From Pristiophorus japonicus (Eukaryota): DNA of 64,000 nt. A model generated the notes under the pieces. The model did no database searches. It saw only the letters and a program-made list of their open reading frames with translations, and was not told the origin of the DNA. Positions 1 to 13,569 of the stretch are shown here, piece after piece. Location of the stretch: assembly GCF_044704955.1 (NCBI RefSeq), contig NC_091999.1, positions 52,390,001-52,454,000 on the forward strand, in the 5' to 3' direction. Both the position numbers and the translations under genes were made by a program. Every line of letters begins with the position of its first letter. Position 1 is the stretch's first letter.

Positions 1-165
1 GTTTCTTAAACGATAAGGGAATAAGAGGTTATGGGGAGCGGGCAGCGAAGTGGACCTGAGTCCATGATTAGTTCAGCCATGATCGTATTAATTGGCGGAG
101 CAGGCTCGAAGGGGCCGTATGACCTACTGCTGCTCCTATTTCCTATGTTTTTATGTTCTTATATT
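1..165 (+). mobile_element. CR1-type LINE 3' end
   Basis: Matches the CR1 3' UTR seen many times in this window (gatcagccatgatc...ggcggagcaggctcgaagggccg...cctactcctgctcctatt) and ends in a ttatgttctt tail. Confidence 0.8.
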
Positions 166-988
166 GAAGAGGCTGATTTATGGCTTAATGGACATTGGAA
201 CATAGGAATATATGAATCGCTAGATGGAAAAAGACCAAGGTGCATTTAATTGGCCTTCTACCATCCTGGTACTCAAAGTATACAACGATAATTCAGTTGT
301 TGATTAATCACAGCAATCAATCTCTATCAATGATTCTACAATAGACATTAGGCGAAGAAAACTTCAGTGGTGGATAACTTAACAACCAATCGACCAAAGT
401 CACCTGCTCCTCCCAAGCATACTACATTCACCAGAGGTCTTGTCTCAAAGTACTCGCATAATGTGTCCTACATTTTATTCTGTGAAATAATTCTCTCCAA
501 TTTGCATTTGAATGAATCAACACGAACTGCTTCCATCGTTTCCCTAGGGAGCCTGCCCCACAGATTGATCACTCACTCACTGAAATATTGTTTCCGTCGA
601 TTGGTTTTGAATGTACTCCATTGAAACTGCACCCTTTAAATAAGCGAACCTACAATTTATCTCGGTTCTTATTGTTGTGATCTTGCTTGCCGCAAATTAT
701 CGGCAGTGCTTGCATGCAGGGAACCGTAATTATTCTTCAGAATACAATTCAACAATTTGAAAGCGCTTTGGAGGGTGCTATATTCTTGAAATAAACGCGC
801 ACTTGTGTAGATTCTGTGATTGTGCTAAAGAGTAAACCGCAGATAGCGATTTTTTAATGGAAGTACAAATCAGCACAAATGTAAAACGGACTGCCGATTT
901 GCTATCGCCGTGTTTATACAATTGCATATTGTGAAAATCTATCCCATTCGATCTTCTTTCTAAACATTCCATCCTAAAAGCAGCCCCG

Positions 989-1027
989 GGTTTTTGTGCA
1001 CACTCTGTCACTCATTATCACACTGTG
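989..1027 (-). other. V(D)J recombination signal, 23-RSS, perfect consensus
   Basis: Minus strand reads CACAGTG, 23 nt (998-1020), ACAAAAACC, directly after the V coding end. Confidence 0.97.
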
Positions 1028-1298
1028 TGCACGACACAGAAGTAGGTCGCTGTGTCTGTCAGATGTAAGGCCGCGATAGTCAGGGAGCTGCGCTTCTCCG
1101 AACTTTGACTGACGGCTGTAAATCGTCCTTTATGTTCACCATTTTCCGATGCCAACATCACCATCTTTGTGCTTTGGATTGGATGCTGGACCCACCAGAA
1201 TATCGCAGAGAAGGAAATGGTTGTGTGACAGTTAATCGATATGGTTTTCCCTTCACTGGGAGTCTGTGACGGAAATGTTTGTACAATTTCCTCTTTAC
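1028..1298 (-). CDS. TCR alpha/delta-like V exon (V1), open frame; leader uncertain
   Basis: Acceptor ttgttatag then phase-1 GKEEIVQT...INC...IFWWVQ...GRFT...SSLTI...DTATYFCVV; both Cys and the Trp of the V-set fold are present; perfect 23-RSS follows. Confidence 0.9.
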
Positions 1299-1519
1299 CT
1301 ATAACAACCAATCTTATTAATGGAGAAAAGCAGACAAAACCAGTCAGTTCCAAAAGGTATGTCAGGAACATAGCAGTTCCCAATCAGAGGAAATAGTTTC
1401 TGCATATCTAACTGATCGAAATAAACTTAACATTTAAAACATCGCATTTTTTTTTACTCACTAGCATCCAACAAACGTTTCTCTAACCTGTCCTTATAAT
1501 TTAATATTCTGTGACCCAT

Positions 1520-1849
1520 TCATCATCATCACAGGCAGTCCCTCGAAATTGAGGAAGACTTGCTTCCACTCTAAAAGTGAGTTCGCAGGTGACTCTACAG
1601 TTCAATATGGGAATTACATTCTCTGTCACAGGTGGGACAGACAGTGGTTGAAGGAAAGTGTGGGTTGGGAGTCTGGTTTGCCACATGCTCCTTGCGCAGC
1701 CTGCGTTGATTTCTGCATGCTCTCGGTGACGAGACACGAGGTGCTCAGTGCTATCCCGGATGTTCTTCCTTCATTTCGGATGGTTTTGGGCCAGGGATTC
1801 CCAGGTGTTGGAGTGGATGTTGCACTTTATCAAGGAAGCTTTGAGGGTA
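1520..1849 (-). mobile_element. RTE/BovB-type LINE 3' fragment nested in a CR1
   Basis: (gat)n tail; decayed C-terminal Cys/His zinc-finger-like coding; CR1 sequence resumes on both sides. Confidence 0.7.
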
Positions 1850-2320
1850 TCATTCTAGTGATTCTGCGCTGTACCCGCTCCGAGGCCAGTATATCTTTCC
1901 TGAAGTGCGGTGCCCAGAACTGAATGCAGTTACTCCAGAAGCAGACAACCAGAGTTTATACAACAGAAGCGGGACTTTCCTTCCTTTGTATTCCAGCTCC
2001 CTCGCGATAAAGACCTCGATTACATTGGCCCCTTTGATTGCTCTTTGTACATGTCTAGTTGTTTTTAATGATTTGTGTATTTGGACTCCTAAATCACTTT
2101 GCTCCTCTACAGCAACTAGCTTCACACTATTTAGAAAATACTCCGATTCATCATTTGTTGGTCTAGAGTGGATGTCTTCTTATTTGCCCACATTAGCTTC
2201 AATATGCTCGAGTTCTTCCCACTGATTTAATCTATCAACGTCCTCCTTACATCTGCACTACTTACTCGCCCTCCTAATTTAACGTCATCTACAAACAATC
2301 CAAGTTATTAATAACTATGA
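1850..2320 (-). mobile_element. CR1 LINE RT C-terminal fragment
   Basis: DLGVQIHKSLK...FIARELEYKGR motif; a short continuation at ~1477-1519. Confidence 0.8.
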
Positions 2321-3579
2321 TAATAAATATCTGTACCCCTCTCTCGGGACACAATATAAGGTAACTTTACACGAGTTGTCACTGTTAGCTCACACATGTA
2401 AAGCTGACTGGAAAAAAAAAGCATTATAGACATCTGAAACACTCTTTGCATCTTATGCACTGACAGCTTCGGTAACAATCAGATCAGAGTATTGTGGCAG
2501 GAATTACTGAGAGATATTACGAGGACAATAATATTCAAATGCTTCGTTGGTTTATCATGCGGAAAAAAAAACCACATGTCGAACCTCGATCTGATTTGAC
2601 ATCAACATGTACTGACCACGTGGTCCAATTTCATCATTTCGTACTGTGACACCATTCGTGGAAAAATAAACGATATCATTGTATGCAAGCCATATGTTAT
2701 TGTAGGTGGATTGGTCGAGTAATTGAAGTGTTACCCGGATCAAATTAAAAGGCTAACATTTCCATTAAATCCAATGGACAAATAGATATTTTATCGACAA
2801 GTTGCTCATTGATCTGCTAACATCCCAGCAGCTATTGCTAAGGCTTGTTTGATTGCTACCCTACGGTTTCTTTTTATTCCACTTTTTTCATGTATAATAT
2901 TGAAAAACAACAGTAACTCGAAATATGACCAATAATTTTTTGTACCTTTTACAAATCATGCATTTAGTTCTCCTGAACATGGTAGCTGATTTATATTTAA
3001 TTAGGTTTTTGGCAGCCATCCCATGTCTGGTTACCAGGACTAGGCTGCTATCAACAGAGTTTTGAAGGGGTCTTTTTACCGGTAGTCGACGTGACACTTG
3101 CAGGAAGTAACCTCAATACCCATGCTATTACTAGTGACTCTCCAGTGACATTCCCACGTGGAATCAAGGCCAGCCTATTCTTCCAGACACAGGTTAAAGG
3201 GCAGTGAATTAGTGGACCTGGGGGCGCAGATATAAATTTCCCTCATGTTATCTAATAAAAATAATAATTATTATTGTTATTATTATTTGTGGTTAAATAG
3301 CAAGACCGGTATTATTTTGGAGCGAGGAAGTGCAGTTCACTGGAGCCGAGCCGTTTTTCTCCTATGCTGTGGAATTGGGAAACACAGAACTGGAGCGCTA
3401 CAGCACCATCACAGGCTGAAGGTGTAATTACAGTGAGATAAGTTTCAATTATAAATATAGTTAAAATTATTTATAGTCGAAATGTTAACACAATAATTAC
3501 AGGAATAAGCCACATATTTAATATTTGACTAGGTGATATTCTTGGTGTTGTAGGTGGTGAATGAGGTCCATTACCAGCG

Positions 3580-5260
3580 ATATTTTTGCCACATGGGAAC
3601 TGCAGGTCGCTCCATCTGCCCTGGGCGTGTACAAGAAGTGCTTCCAGATTCTCAAAGTCGAGCTCAGGGTTTCTGAGCTTGAAGAGCGGCTTTAATCACG
3701 GCACGGCATTCGGCAAGCTGAGAGTTTCCTGGAGAGCATTGGGCATAATTTCAATGGGTACAGCGGCCATAATTTCAAAGTTTGCAGATAATATAAAACT
3801 CGGATAAGTAGTAAGCAATGAGGAGGATAGTACACAGACTTCAGGACGATATATACATCCTGTTGATATGGCAGACGCAAGGCAGATGAAATTTAACTCA
3901 GAGAAGTGCGCAGTGATACCTTTGGGTAGGAAGAATGAGGAGAGGCAATATGACCTAAATGGTATAATTTTAAAGGGGGTGCGGATCAATCTTGCTGTGT
4001 ATGTACATACAGCTTTGAAGGTGACAGGACAAGTTGAGAAGACTATTAAAAAGCATTTTGATCCTTGGCTTTATTAATACCAGACTAGAGTACAAAGACA
4101 AGGAAAATATGCTAAACCTTTATAAATCACGTGTCAGGAGTCCTCGCCGAGAGGTTAATCCATGATAGGGGTCGGTCAATTAGAACGGAGAAGAGAAGAA
4201 ATTTCTTCACTCAGAGATTTGTGAGTCTTTGGAATTGTCTTCCCCAGAAGGGTTGTGGATGCTCAATCGTTGAGTATATTCAAGACAGCGATTGCTAGAT
4301 TTTTGGACGCTCACGAACGTTGAGTATATTCAAGGCTGAGATCGTTAGATGCTTGGACTCTAACAGAATCAAGGGCGGTGGAGATCGGGCAGGAAAGTGG
4401 AATTGTGGTAAATGATCAGCCATGATATTATTGAATGGCAGAGCCAGCTTGAAGGGACGTATAACCTACATTCTGGCTCCTAATCCTAATGTTCTTATGT
4501 TCTTACGACATCGATAGATTCTTGGATGCAAAGGGAATCAAGCGAAGTGAGTTTGAATCAGAAATTCAGCCATGATCTCAGTGAATGGCTGAGCAGGTTG
4601 GAGGAGCGGTATGGCCTACTCCTGCTCCTATTTCTTATTTCTTACGTTCTTATGAATATAGTACAAAGCAAGAAAGTTATTCTAAATTCTTATAATGCAA
4701 TGGCCAGGCCTCAGCTGGAGTATTATTTTCAGTTCTGGGTACCGCACTTTGTGAAAGAAATTAAGCCTTAGAGAGGGGCGCAGACAAGATTTACTAGAAT
4801 TGTACTAGAAACTGATGAGGAACTTCAGTTATGTGGAGAGACTGGAGAAACTGGGTTTGTTCTCCTTAGAGCAGAAAAGGATAAGAGGAGATTTGATAGA
4901 ATGTTGAAAATCATGAATTGTTTTGATAGAGCAAATAAGGAGAAACATTTTCCCGTGGCCGAAGTGTCAGTAACCATAGCACACAGATTTAAGTGATTCG
5001 CAAAAGAACCAGAGGCAAAATAAAACACTTTTTTTAAACAGCGAGTTGTTGTGATCTGGAATGCACAGTCTGAAAGGGTGTGGAAACAGATTCAAAAGTA
5101 ACATTCAAAAGAGAATTGGATAAAGGCTTGAAGCGAAACAAATTATAGAGCTACATGAGAGAGCAGGGGAGTGGGATTACTTGGACAGGTCTTAATTGGA
5201 GATCCGGAAAAGCACGACAGACTGAATGGCCTACTTTTGTGCTGTATCATTCTATGATTT
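3580..5260 (+). mobile_element. Nested CR1 LINE fragments (ORF1-like piece, RT pieces, several 3' ends)
   Basis: CKKC..ELRVSELEERL-like ORF1 piece near 3620-3730; SKFADNIKLG, QMKFNSEKC and RPQLEYYFQFW RT motifs; repeated 3' UTRs. Confidence 0.75.
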
Positions 5261-7098
5261 TTAAAAGCAAGTACATTGTTTTGGATTATTTTCTGCATTT
5301 CCGTGTTCATGAAAGGGAGGGGATTCGGTGTGAGATTGTGCTGAATTGCGGACGGTTCTGTGGGTCCATGCTCACTCGTGGAGTGATTTTTATTCACGAC
5401 ATTTCGAGAGGAATTTGCATCCGAGGAATTAGTTTAAACCACAATTGGAGGGAGCTTTCCTTAAACATTGATATTTTGTGACAACATTCCTGGGGGGAGG
5501 TAGCAAAGACAGAAAATTAAAGAGCTGCCTCTGAAGCTGGTTTCTATAGTGGGGGAGGAGGACTCATGGATCAGTGAGATTCAATGGACTGAATCTTCTA
5601 TGTGCTTTGAAATTCGATTATCTTTCAGTTTAAGATGTTAAACAATGTTTAACTCGACATGTGAACCCATTCTCTTCCTTACTGCAACCAAATATTTAAG
5701 AACTGGAAGAGTTGTATTATTCTCTGGTTCACGAGGGCGCTGAGATTTGAAGTTATATTTTAGCAATCGCCGACTGGACAAAAAGCATTGTCTGGGTGGC
5801 GAGCAGAGATGAAAATATGTCGGGCTGTGGCGGTGGCGGGGGGAAATTACACGCCTGTAATGAGCCCCCCTCCCCAGATTTCCTCCCATTATTTGAAATG
5901 TAAGGACATCCCGGGCTCTGCTATCAGTGGGAGGCCTTCTGGACCTGAATTGCCTCACACTCTTTTTCGTTGCTTAAAATAGAAATGAAATGATGAAGTG
6001 TGGGAGATGTTCACTCTGGTTGCTTTTTGTGAGACATAACAGACGTGGGAGATATTTCCTGTTAGCGATAGGGAATGGATCGTGTTACTTGTAAGCTTAT
6101 AACTTTTTCCACAAGTAAAAAGGGCTTAGGTGCATTTATTTGCAATAATGTGAATTAAGCATACAAAAATAACTATTATTATTAAAAAATACACATATAA
6201 TTAAGAGAACATTTAAGGTAATAAGGTTAGAGGAGATTTATCCGTTACTGGTCCCGAGCTTCAGGGGAACGGCTGCTCCGGCCTCGTCACATTCTATGTA
6301 CCTATCCTGTTTTACTCCTTTTTAATCCTTTATTTCCGACCTGCTGCGTATCACATGTTCCATAGTCTCATCTCCGTCAGTTAGCGGCATAAACTTCAGT
6401 TTTAACAAGAATCACTCCCCAAGCTTTCACCTTGACTGAAATGCTAATCAACTCATGTAACTGGAGGCAATTACAGAGAACAGAAGCCCCAATAGGGACG
6501 CTCCACATTTCATAGACAGCTGTCCTCGGTGGAGTAAGAATCCGGAGTTGGAGCTTCACGATCTGTCCGTGAAAACATGTCTATGGAGATGTCGCGTCTC
6601 TCACTGCTGAGAGATTGATGGTGCTAAAGTCAGCCATCTAACAAAGAAAGCATGACTTTGTCTCTGATGAACTTCCTTATTAGCAAAGGCTGTCTCTGCC
6701 GGAAATTGCTCTGAAATTAAATGGTTCACTGCACTTGGCTCACCATAACTCGTGTAACAGTTAAAAGCCAAGAATGAATGTAAGGAAATTAATATCAAAT
6801 AAACTGTTTACTTGCATTAACACATCTGTTTCCATTTCGCTAGAAATAACGCACAGAGATATTAATTCCATGTTTACATCGGAAACAGAAAAGGAAATCG
6901 AACCCGATCCTATCTCCAGGTCACCTATGGTTACTTTGTGGGGTTTTGGGACGATTTGCAGTCAGAATGTTTCTGAGTCGCTGTAATATGTTTTCCCTGT
7001 GAGACTCACACCACACCGTGTGCCGAGCACTGTTTCCTCTCACTGCCAGTCTGCACAGCCCAAAATAAGGATTATCTCCAGGGCACACACATCCAGCT

Positions 7099-7137
7099 AG
7101 TTTATGTACGTGGGTCTGACTGGTTCCCACCATTCTG
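7099..7137 (-). other. Defective 23-RSS of V2
   Basis: CAGAATG, 23 nt, ACATAAACT; the essential CAC of the heptamer is changed to CAG. Confidence 0.85.
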
Positions 7138-7539
7138 AGACTCAGCGCGCAGTAATAGGTGGCGGCTTCAGCAGGCCGCAGTTTGAAGGTGGTTAAAATG
7201 AAGATGGCTTTCGCAGTGTCCAGCACAGTGGCGAAACGGCTTTGAGCAAAATCCGCTTTTATTTGGTAACCGCCTGAAAGCTTGACAACAATAAACTCGG
7301 GTTCACTGCCGGCGTATTGGCACTCATGGTCGTGAAATAGATTATAATGATTCCTTCTGTCCAACTCACTGTTGGAAGCTGCTGTCTGACAGAGATTTCC
7401 TGGCTCAGACCTGCATTAAATGCAAACCAACGTCAAAAAGTAAACCATTTTTAAATTCACATTTGACCCCAAACCGTGTCTCAGAATAATTACCTGTAAA
7501 TAATGCTCCAAACACAGCACAGATAGCGATTAATGGCAT
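7138..7539 (-). pseudogene. TCR alpha/delta-like V pseudogene (V2)
   Basis: Leader exon 7539-7494 (MPLIAICAVFGALFTG), 83-bp GT-AG intron, V exon 7410-7138. FR1 (LSQEISVRQQ..EG) and FR2-FR3 (QYAGSEPEFIV...RFATVLD...AEAATYYCALS) lie in different frames; the first Cys/Trp region is deleted. Confidence 0.9.
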
Positions 7540-8934
7540 TGCTGCTCCGCCGTGTGTTTATTAAATTTGTAATCTCTGGAAACTGGCACGAATTTGCAGC
7601 TGAAACAACCCTTTTGGAGGGTCGGTTGTCGCGCTCCAGTGTCCCGCCACTTGTGCCGCGAGTCTCTGGGGAAAGCACGGCCAGCAGTCGCCAGCCTATG
7701 ACAAAAGGAATATTCCAACTGAACAAAGCGCAACCACACAAAGGCCAAACAGGACAGGGATTTTATTCAGAAGGAAAGAGTGAATGGTTCTAAGGCATCA
7801 ATTTACATTGCCGTGATTCGTTCTCCATGTGTGAGTATGAACTTGCTGAAATCGCTAACACTGCTCCAAAATATGAAATTTCAAATTAGTTTATTTAAAA
7901 ATAAAACATTAAAGTTCACTAAATTATTTGTAAGAAACGGTGTATAGTTGAGTGTAGCAGAAAGGAGTAACTTAGAGGGTATATTTCAATAAATATTGTG
8001 GCTTTCCTTGGTGTTAGGTTCCTGCGATGCACCAGGATTTTTATGGTCCTGGGTGACTTTCACGAAAAATAAACAAGTCATATTTAAATAACGTTATCTC
8101 CCCTCTAGATAATTCTGTTATATCTTTATTTTGCCATCTGTTCACCTGGACGTTTTTTTGGGTATTTACCTGCAAAATTATTTATACAATGAATTAAACG
8201 CAACGTGATAAATATTTTCTGAGCAACCGTCCAACTTTAACAGGTTTTTAACCGTTGAGGTTATGTTGAAACCATTTCTTGAGGTCGAGTTTGCTGCTGC
8301 TTTAACCTGCAGTGACAGTTGCGGTGTGAGCTATGGCATGTCGATACAGGTGCACTTCTGGTTCCAACTGAAACTTCTGATCTCCGACTGACTCGAGACA
8401 GAAATGGGACTGAATGGAGCATAGAGAAATTCTAGGATGGTGATGATGATGATGATGTATAATAAATGACCCAGAAACTGCACAACACTAGTGACACCAC
8501 ATTTGAAACACTCAGCTCATGTTTGGTGACCTAAATATGGAGAGAATATTGAATATAGATATATAGAATCATTAAGGTCTAACGAGGAAGGGGCAGAGCA
8601 CTGATGAAAAATGTGAAAATTTAGAGCTGTTTTTGCTGCAACACAGATAATTAAATCTATTTTTCGATATTAAGATGATTATTCTAGCGCAAATAGTGAA
8701 AGCTATTGGAGGGAAGATTTGATGAAGATATTTAAGATTTTAGCCACTGTGGACAATTTGGATTCAGGGTGTCGCAGATTTATGGGACTCGGGGACAAGG
8801 CTTAATGTTAAGGGTGTTGAAGGAAAGTCTCAAAGTTTAATAACTTGTATGATTAAAGGAACTTACTGGGGGATGGAACAGAAAGCCAAGATAATATTTG
8901 TAAGAAGGGGAAGAATTCAATTCAATAAAGGAGA

Positions 8935-10640
8935 GACATAAGAACAGAAGAAATAGGAGCAGGAATAGGTCATTTGACCCGTCGAGCCTGTTCAGCCATT
9001 TAATAAGATCATGGCTGATCTGATCATGGAGTCAGTTCCACTTCCCTGCACGCTCCCCATAACGCTTTATTCCCTTACCCTCAAAAATCTATTTCCGCCT
9101 TAAATATATTCAATGAACCAGCCTCCACATCTCTCTGAGGCAGAAAATACCATAGATTTACAACCCTCTGAGAGAAGAAATTCCGTCCATTTCAGTTTTA
9201 ATTCGGCGGCCTCTTATTCTGAGACTATATCTCGCAGTTTTAGTTTCCCCTGGTAGTGGAAATATCCTCCCTGCATCCACCTTGTCGAGCCCCCTTATTA
9301 TCTTATATATTTCAATAAGATCACTTCTCGTTCTTCTGAACTGCAATGAGTATAGGACCAACCTATCTTCATAAGCCAACCTCCTCACCTCCAGACTCAA
9401 CACGGCGAAACTTCTCTGAACAGCCTCCAATGCAAAAATATATTTCCTTAACTACGGTGACCAAAACTGTGCACAGTACTCGAGGTGTGCCCTCACCAAT
9501 ACTTTATATAGTTGTAGCAGGTCTTCTCTGCTAATAACCCATCCCCCTGCCAATAAAGGCCAACATTCAATTTGCCTTCCTGATTAATTGCTGTACCTGC
9601 ATACTAACTGTTTGTATTTCATGCACAAGGACCCCCAGGTCCCTCTGTACTGCGGCACTTTGCAATGTTTCTCCATTTAAATTATAATTTGCTTTTCTAC
9701 TTTTTATGACAAAGTTGATAAACTCACGTTTTTCCACATAATACTCAATCTGCCAATTCACGTAGCCTGTCTATATAACTTTGCTGATTTTTTTGTTTCC
9801 TCCTCACAACTTGCTTTCCCACACATCTTTCTATCATCAGCAAACTTGGCTACATTACACTACGTCCCTTCATCCAAGTCATTAATATATGTTGTAAATA
9901 GTTGAGGACCCAGCACCGATCCCTGTGACACCCCAGTAGTTACTGTTTGCCTATCGGAATATGAATAATTTTTCCCGACTCTCTGTTTGATTTTAATTAG
10001 CCAATCCTCTATCAATTCTAATATATTACCCCCACACTCGTGAACTTTAATCTTGTGCAGTAACCTTTTATTTGGCAACTTATCGCATGCATTCTGGAAA
10101 TCCAAATACACCACATCCACTGGATCCCCCTCATCCACCCTGCTCGTTACATCCTTAAAGAACTCCAGCAAATTTGTCAAACCTGATTTCCCTTTAATAA
10201 AACCATGCTGACTCTGCTTTATTGAATCATGCTTTTCAAAAAGTCCTGCGATTGTTTCCCTAATAGTGGACTACAGCATTTCCCAACAGCAGATGTTAAG
10301 CTGACTGGTTTATAGTTTCCTGCTTTCTGTCTGCCTCCTTTCTTTAAAAGGGACGTCATATTTGCAGTTTTCCAATCCGTTGGGACCTCCCCAAAATCCA
10401 GGCAATTTTGGTAGATTACAACTAATGCATCCACTATATCTGCAGCCACTTCTTTTAAAAACCTTGGATGCAAGCCACCAGGTCCAGGGGACTTGCCCAC
10501 ATTTAGTCCCATTGTTTCACCGAGTACTACTTCTTTAGTGATAGTGATAGTGATTGTGTTCAGTTCTCCCTCTATATAGCTCCTCGATTATCCACTATTG
10601 GTGTGTTTTTATTGTTTTTAGTATTTCCTACCGTGAAGAC
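8935..10640 (-). mobile_element. CR1 LINE, 5'-truncated and degenerate
   Basis: KSPGPGGLHPRFLKE, VVYLDFQNACD, GVSQGSVLGPQLF and QRDLGVLV motifs plus 3' UTR. Confidence 0.9.
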
Positions 10641-10799
10641 CGAAAAATATATTTATGATAGCGTGATTTCACCATTCACTAAGTGCAGTCATCAAACTGA
10701 CTGAAATCAGCACGGCCCTATACTTGGAATTAAGATTTTAACCTGCTTAGCCTTCAAATCAATCATGGAAGCATCTCCCTAAACAGGAGCGAAGATACG

Positions 10800-13010
10800 G
10801 TATTAAATATGTCAAACAAAACATGATACCAGGGCTGAAGGACTTCAGTTTTTGGAGAGCCGGTGATAGCAGGATTTTTCTCCTTAGAAGAGAGAAGTTT
10901 ACGCTATACAATATGTTTTTCGTGATCAGAATGTTGAGAAACCAACTAGGGAACAGGTTATTTTAGATCTATTATTGTGCAATGAGAACGACTTAATTAA
11001 TAACCTTGTGGTAAAGTGGCCAGGGAAGAAAGCCCATAATATTATTAACAAAATTACTTAGTTTGAAAGTGATTTAGTTAAATCCAAAACTAAGGTCTTA
11101 ATTCTATACAAAGCAAACCACGTAGGCATGAGAGGAGGGTGGATGAAAGTAGATTGGGAAAGTACATTTAATGAATGATGGTAGATTAGCAACGGATTTA
11201 ATTTAAATATTTAAGGTGGGATTCACAACAAAGATACGTTCCTTTAAGGCACAAAAACCCCACAGGAAAAGTGATCCAACCATGGCTAGCAAGAGAAGTT
11301 AAAGATAGTATTAGAGCAAAGGAAAGGATTATAATGTTGCTAAAAAGAGTAGTAAGCCGGAGGATTGTGAGGAGGGTAAACTAAAGAGACATTAAACAGA
11401 TTGTAAAAACTTCTATATGTATGTAAAAAGGAAAAGATTAGCGAAAGTAAACGTGGTTACCCTACAGGCTGAGACAGGATAAATTATAATAAGGGAATAC
11501 GTAAATGGCAGCGAAATTAAACAAATACTTTGTGTCTCTCTTCATGAACGAGGATATAAAAAACCTCACGGAAATAGCGGAGAACCAAGGGTTTAGCGAG
11601 AATGAGGAACTGAAAGAGATTAGTCTGTGTAAAAAAAATAGTACTGCAGACATTATTGGGACTGAAGCCGATAAATCCTTTGCATCTGATGGCCTACATC
11701 CTAGAATTTTGAAAGAGGTGGCTACAGAGATAGTGAATGCATTGGTTCCCATCTTCCAAAATTCCATAGATTCTAGAACGGTTCCCACAGCTTGGAAGGT
11801 AGCTAATGTAACACTGCTATTTAGAAAAGGAAGGACAGAGAAAACGGGGAACTACAGACCAGTTCGCTCATGGGATTGGTGGTAATATACTAGCATCAAT
11901 TGAGGAGTGCTTAACGGACAGAATACAGAGAGTAGGAATAAATCGGTCAGTTTCGAGTCGGCAGGCTGTAACTAGTGGCATGCCGCAAGGATCGGTGCTT
12001 GGGTCCCAGCTATTCACCATCTATATAAAGGATTTGGATGAGGGGACCAAATGTAATATATCCAATGTAATATACGTAATATATCCAAGTTTGCTGATGA
12101 TACAAAGCTACGTGGGAATGTAAGTTATGAGGAGGATGCAAAGAAGCTGCAAGGGGGTATAGACAGGCTAAGTGAGTGGGTAATAACATGGCAAATGGAA
12201 TATAATGTGGAGAAATATGAATTTATCCAGTTTGTAGAAAAAATAGAAAAACAGAGTATTTAATAAATGATGAGAGATTGGTAATGTTGGTGTTCAGAGA
12301 GACCTGCATGTCCTGGGACACGAATCATTGAAAGTTAGCATGCAGGTAGAGCAAGCAATTAAGAATGCAAATGGCCTGTTGGCCTTTATTACAATAGGAT
12401 TTAAGCATCAGAGTAAAGATGTCTTATTGCAATTATATTGGGCTCTGCTGAGACTGCACCTGGAGTATGGTGTATAGTTTTGGACTCCTTACCTAATGAA
12501 GGATATACGTGCAATAGAGGGAATGCAATGAAGGTTCACCAGTCTGATTCCTGGAATAGAGGGATTGTCCCATGAGGAAAGATTGAGTAGACTCGGCCTA
12601 AATTCTCTAGAGTTTAGAAGAGTGTGAAATTATTTAATTGAAACATACAAAATTATTGCAGGGCTTGAAAAGGTAGATGCAGGGAGGATGTTTCCTCCAG
12701 CTGAGGAGTCTAAAACCAGGGGTCACAGTCTCAGGATAAGCGGTTGGCCATTTAGGACTGAGATGAGGAGAAACTTGTTCCTTCAGAGGGTGGTGAATCT
12801 TTGGAATTCTCTAGCACAGATGGCTGTGAAGCCTCAGTCTTTGAGTATATTTAAGACTGAAATCAATAGATTTTGTGTTACTAAAGGCTTCAAGGGATAT
12901 GAGGAGAGTGCAGGAAAGTGGAGTAGAGGTAGAAGATCAGCCATGATCTTATTGAATGGCAGAACAGACTCGAGGGGCCAAATGGCCTACATCTGCTCCT
13001 AATTCTTATG
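10800..13010 (+). mobile_element. CR1 LINE ORF2 remnant
   Basis: DGLHPRILKEV, GNYRPV, PQGSVLGP, FADDTKL and RTEMRRN motifs plus 3' UTR. Confidence 0.9.
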
Positions 13011-13569
13011 ACACACCGGGGTCTCAGTTACAAGGTCACTGTTAGACTATTTATTACTCTATCACTGTTAAAGTAGTGTATCAGTTAAAATGTTAGACCG
13101 GAGTATCCACTTTATGGTCACAATTAGATCATGTTTTCAGGTGAAATCTTTATGTGCCTCAAGTTTTACATTTTACGTTAACTTCCTATGCCTAAGCAAT
13201 AAGACCAGTGACATGCTACTCGCTGAGTCTCTCACGCTCCCTACTGCAAGACAGCGCTCGGTACGCAGTCTCAATCCCAATATTGACGAATATCGGCAAT
13301 TATTTTAGCTTCTCCAGGAATCTCAGAACTGTTTAATTTTTTTTAATCATGCCTTAAGATACTGAGGCAATATCGCGCTGACAGAGAAAAATAAGAGGGT
13401 TTAATGGATATGTATTACATTATGAAAGGTTTTGATAACATGAAGTGAGAACAACTGCTTGTTTTCTTTCAGGGAGTTATTGACGAGGGGACATTAATTT
13501 AAAAATGTTAATATGAATCAGAAAATAGGTTAGGAGAATTAATTTATTCAGATAATAACCGAAGGATAG

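Noticed and set aside
8200-8410. Possible Ig-domain remnant
   Set aside because: Only isolated motif-like words; no Cys/Trp pattern, splice sites or RSS.
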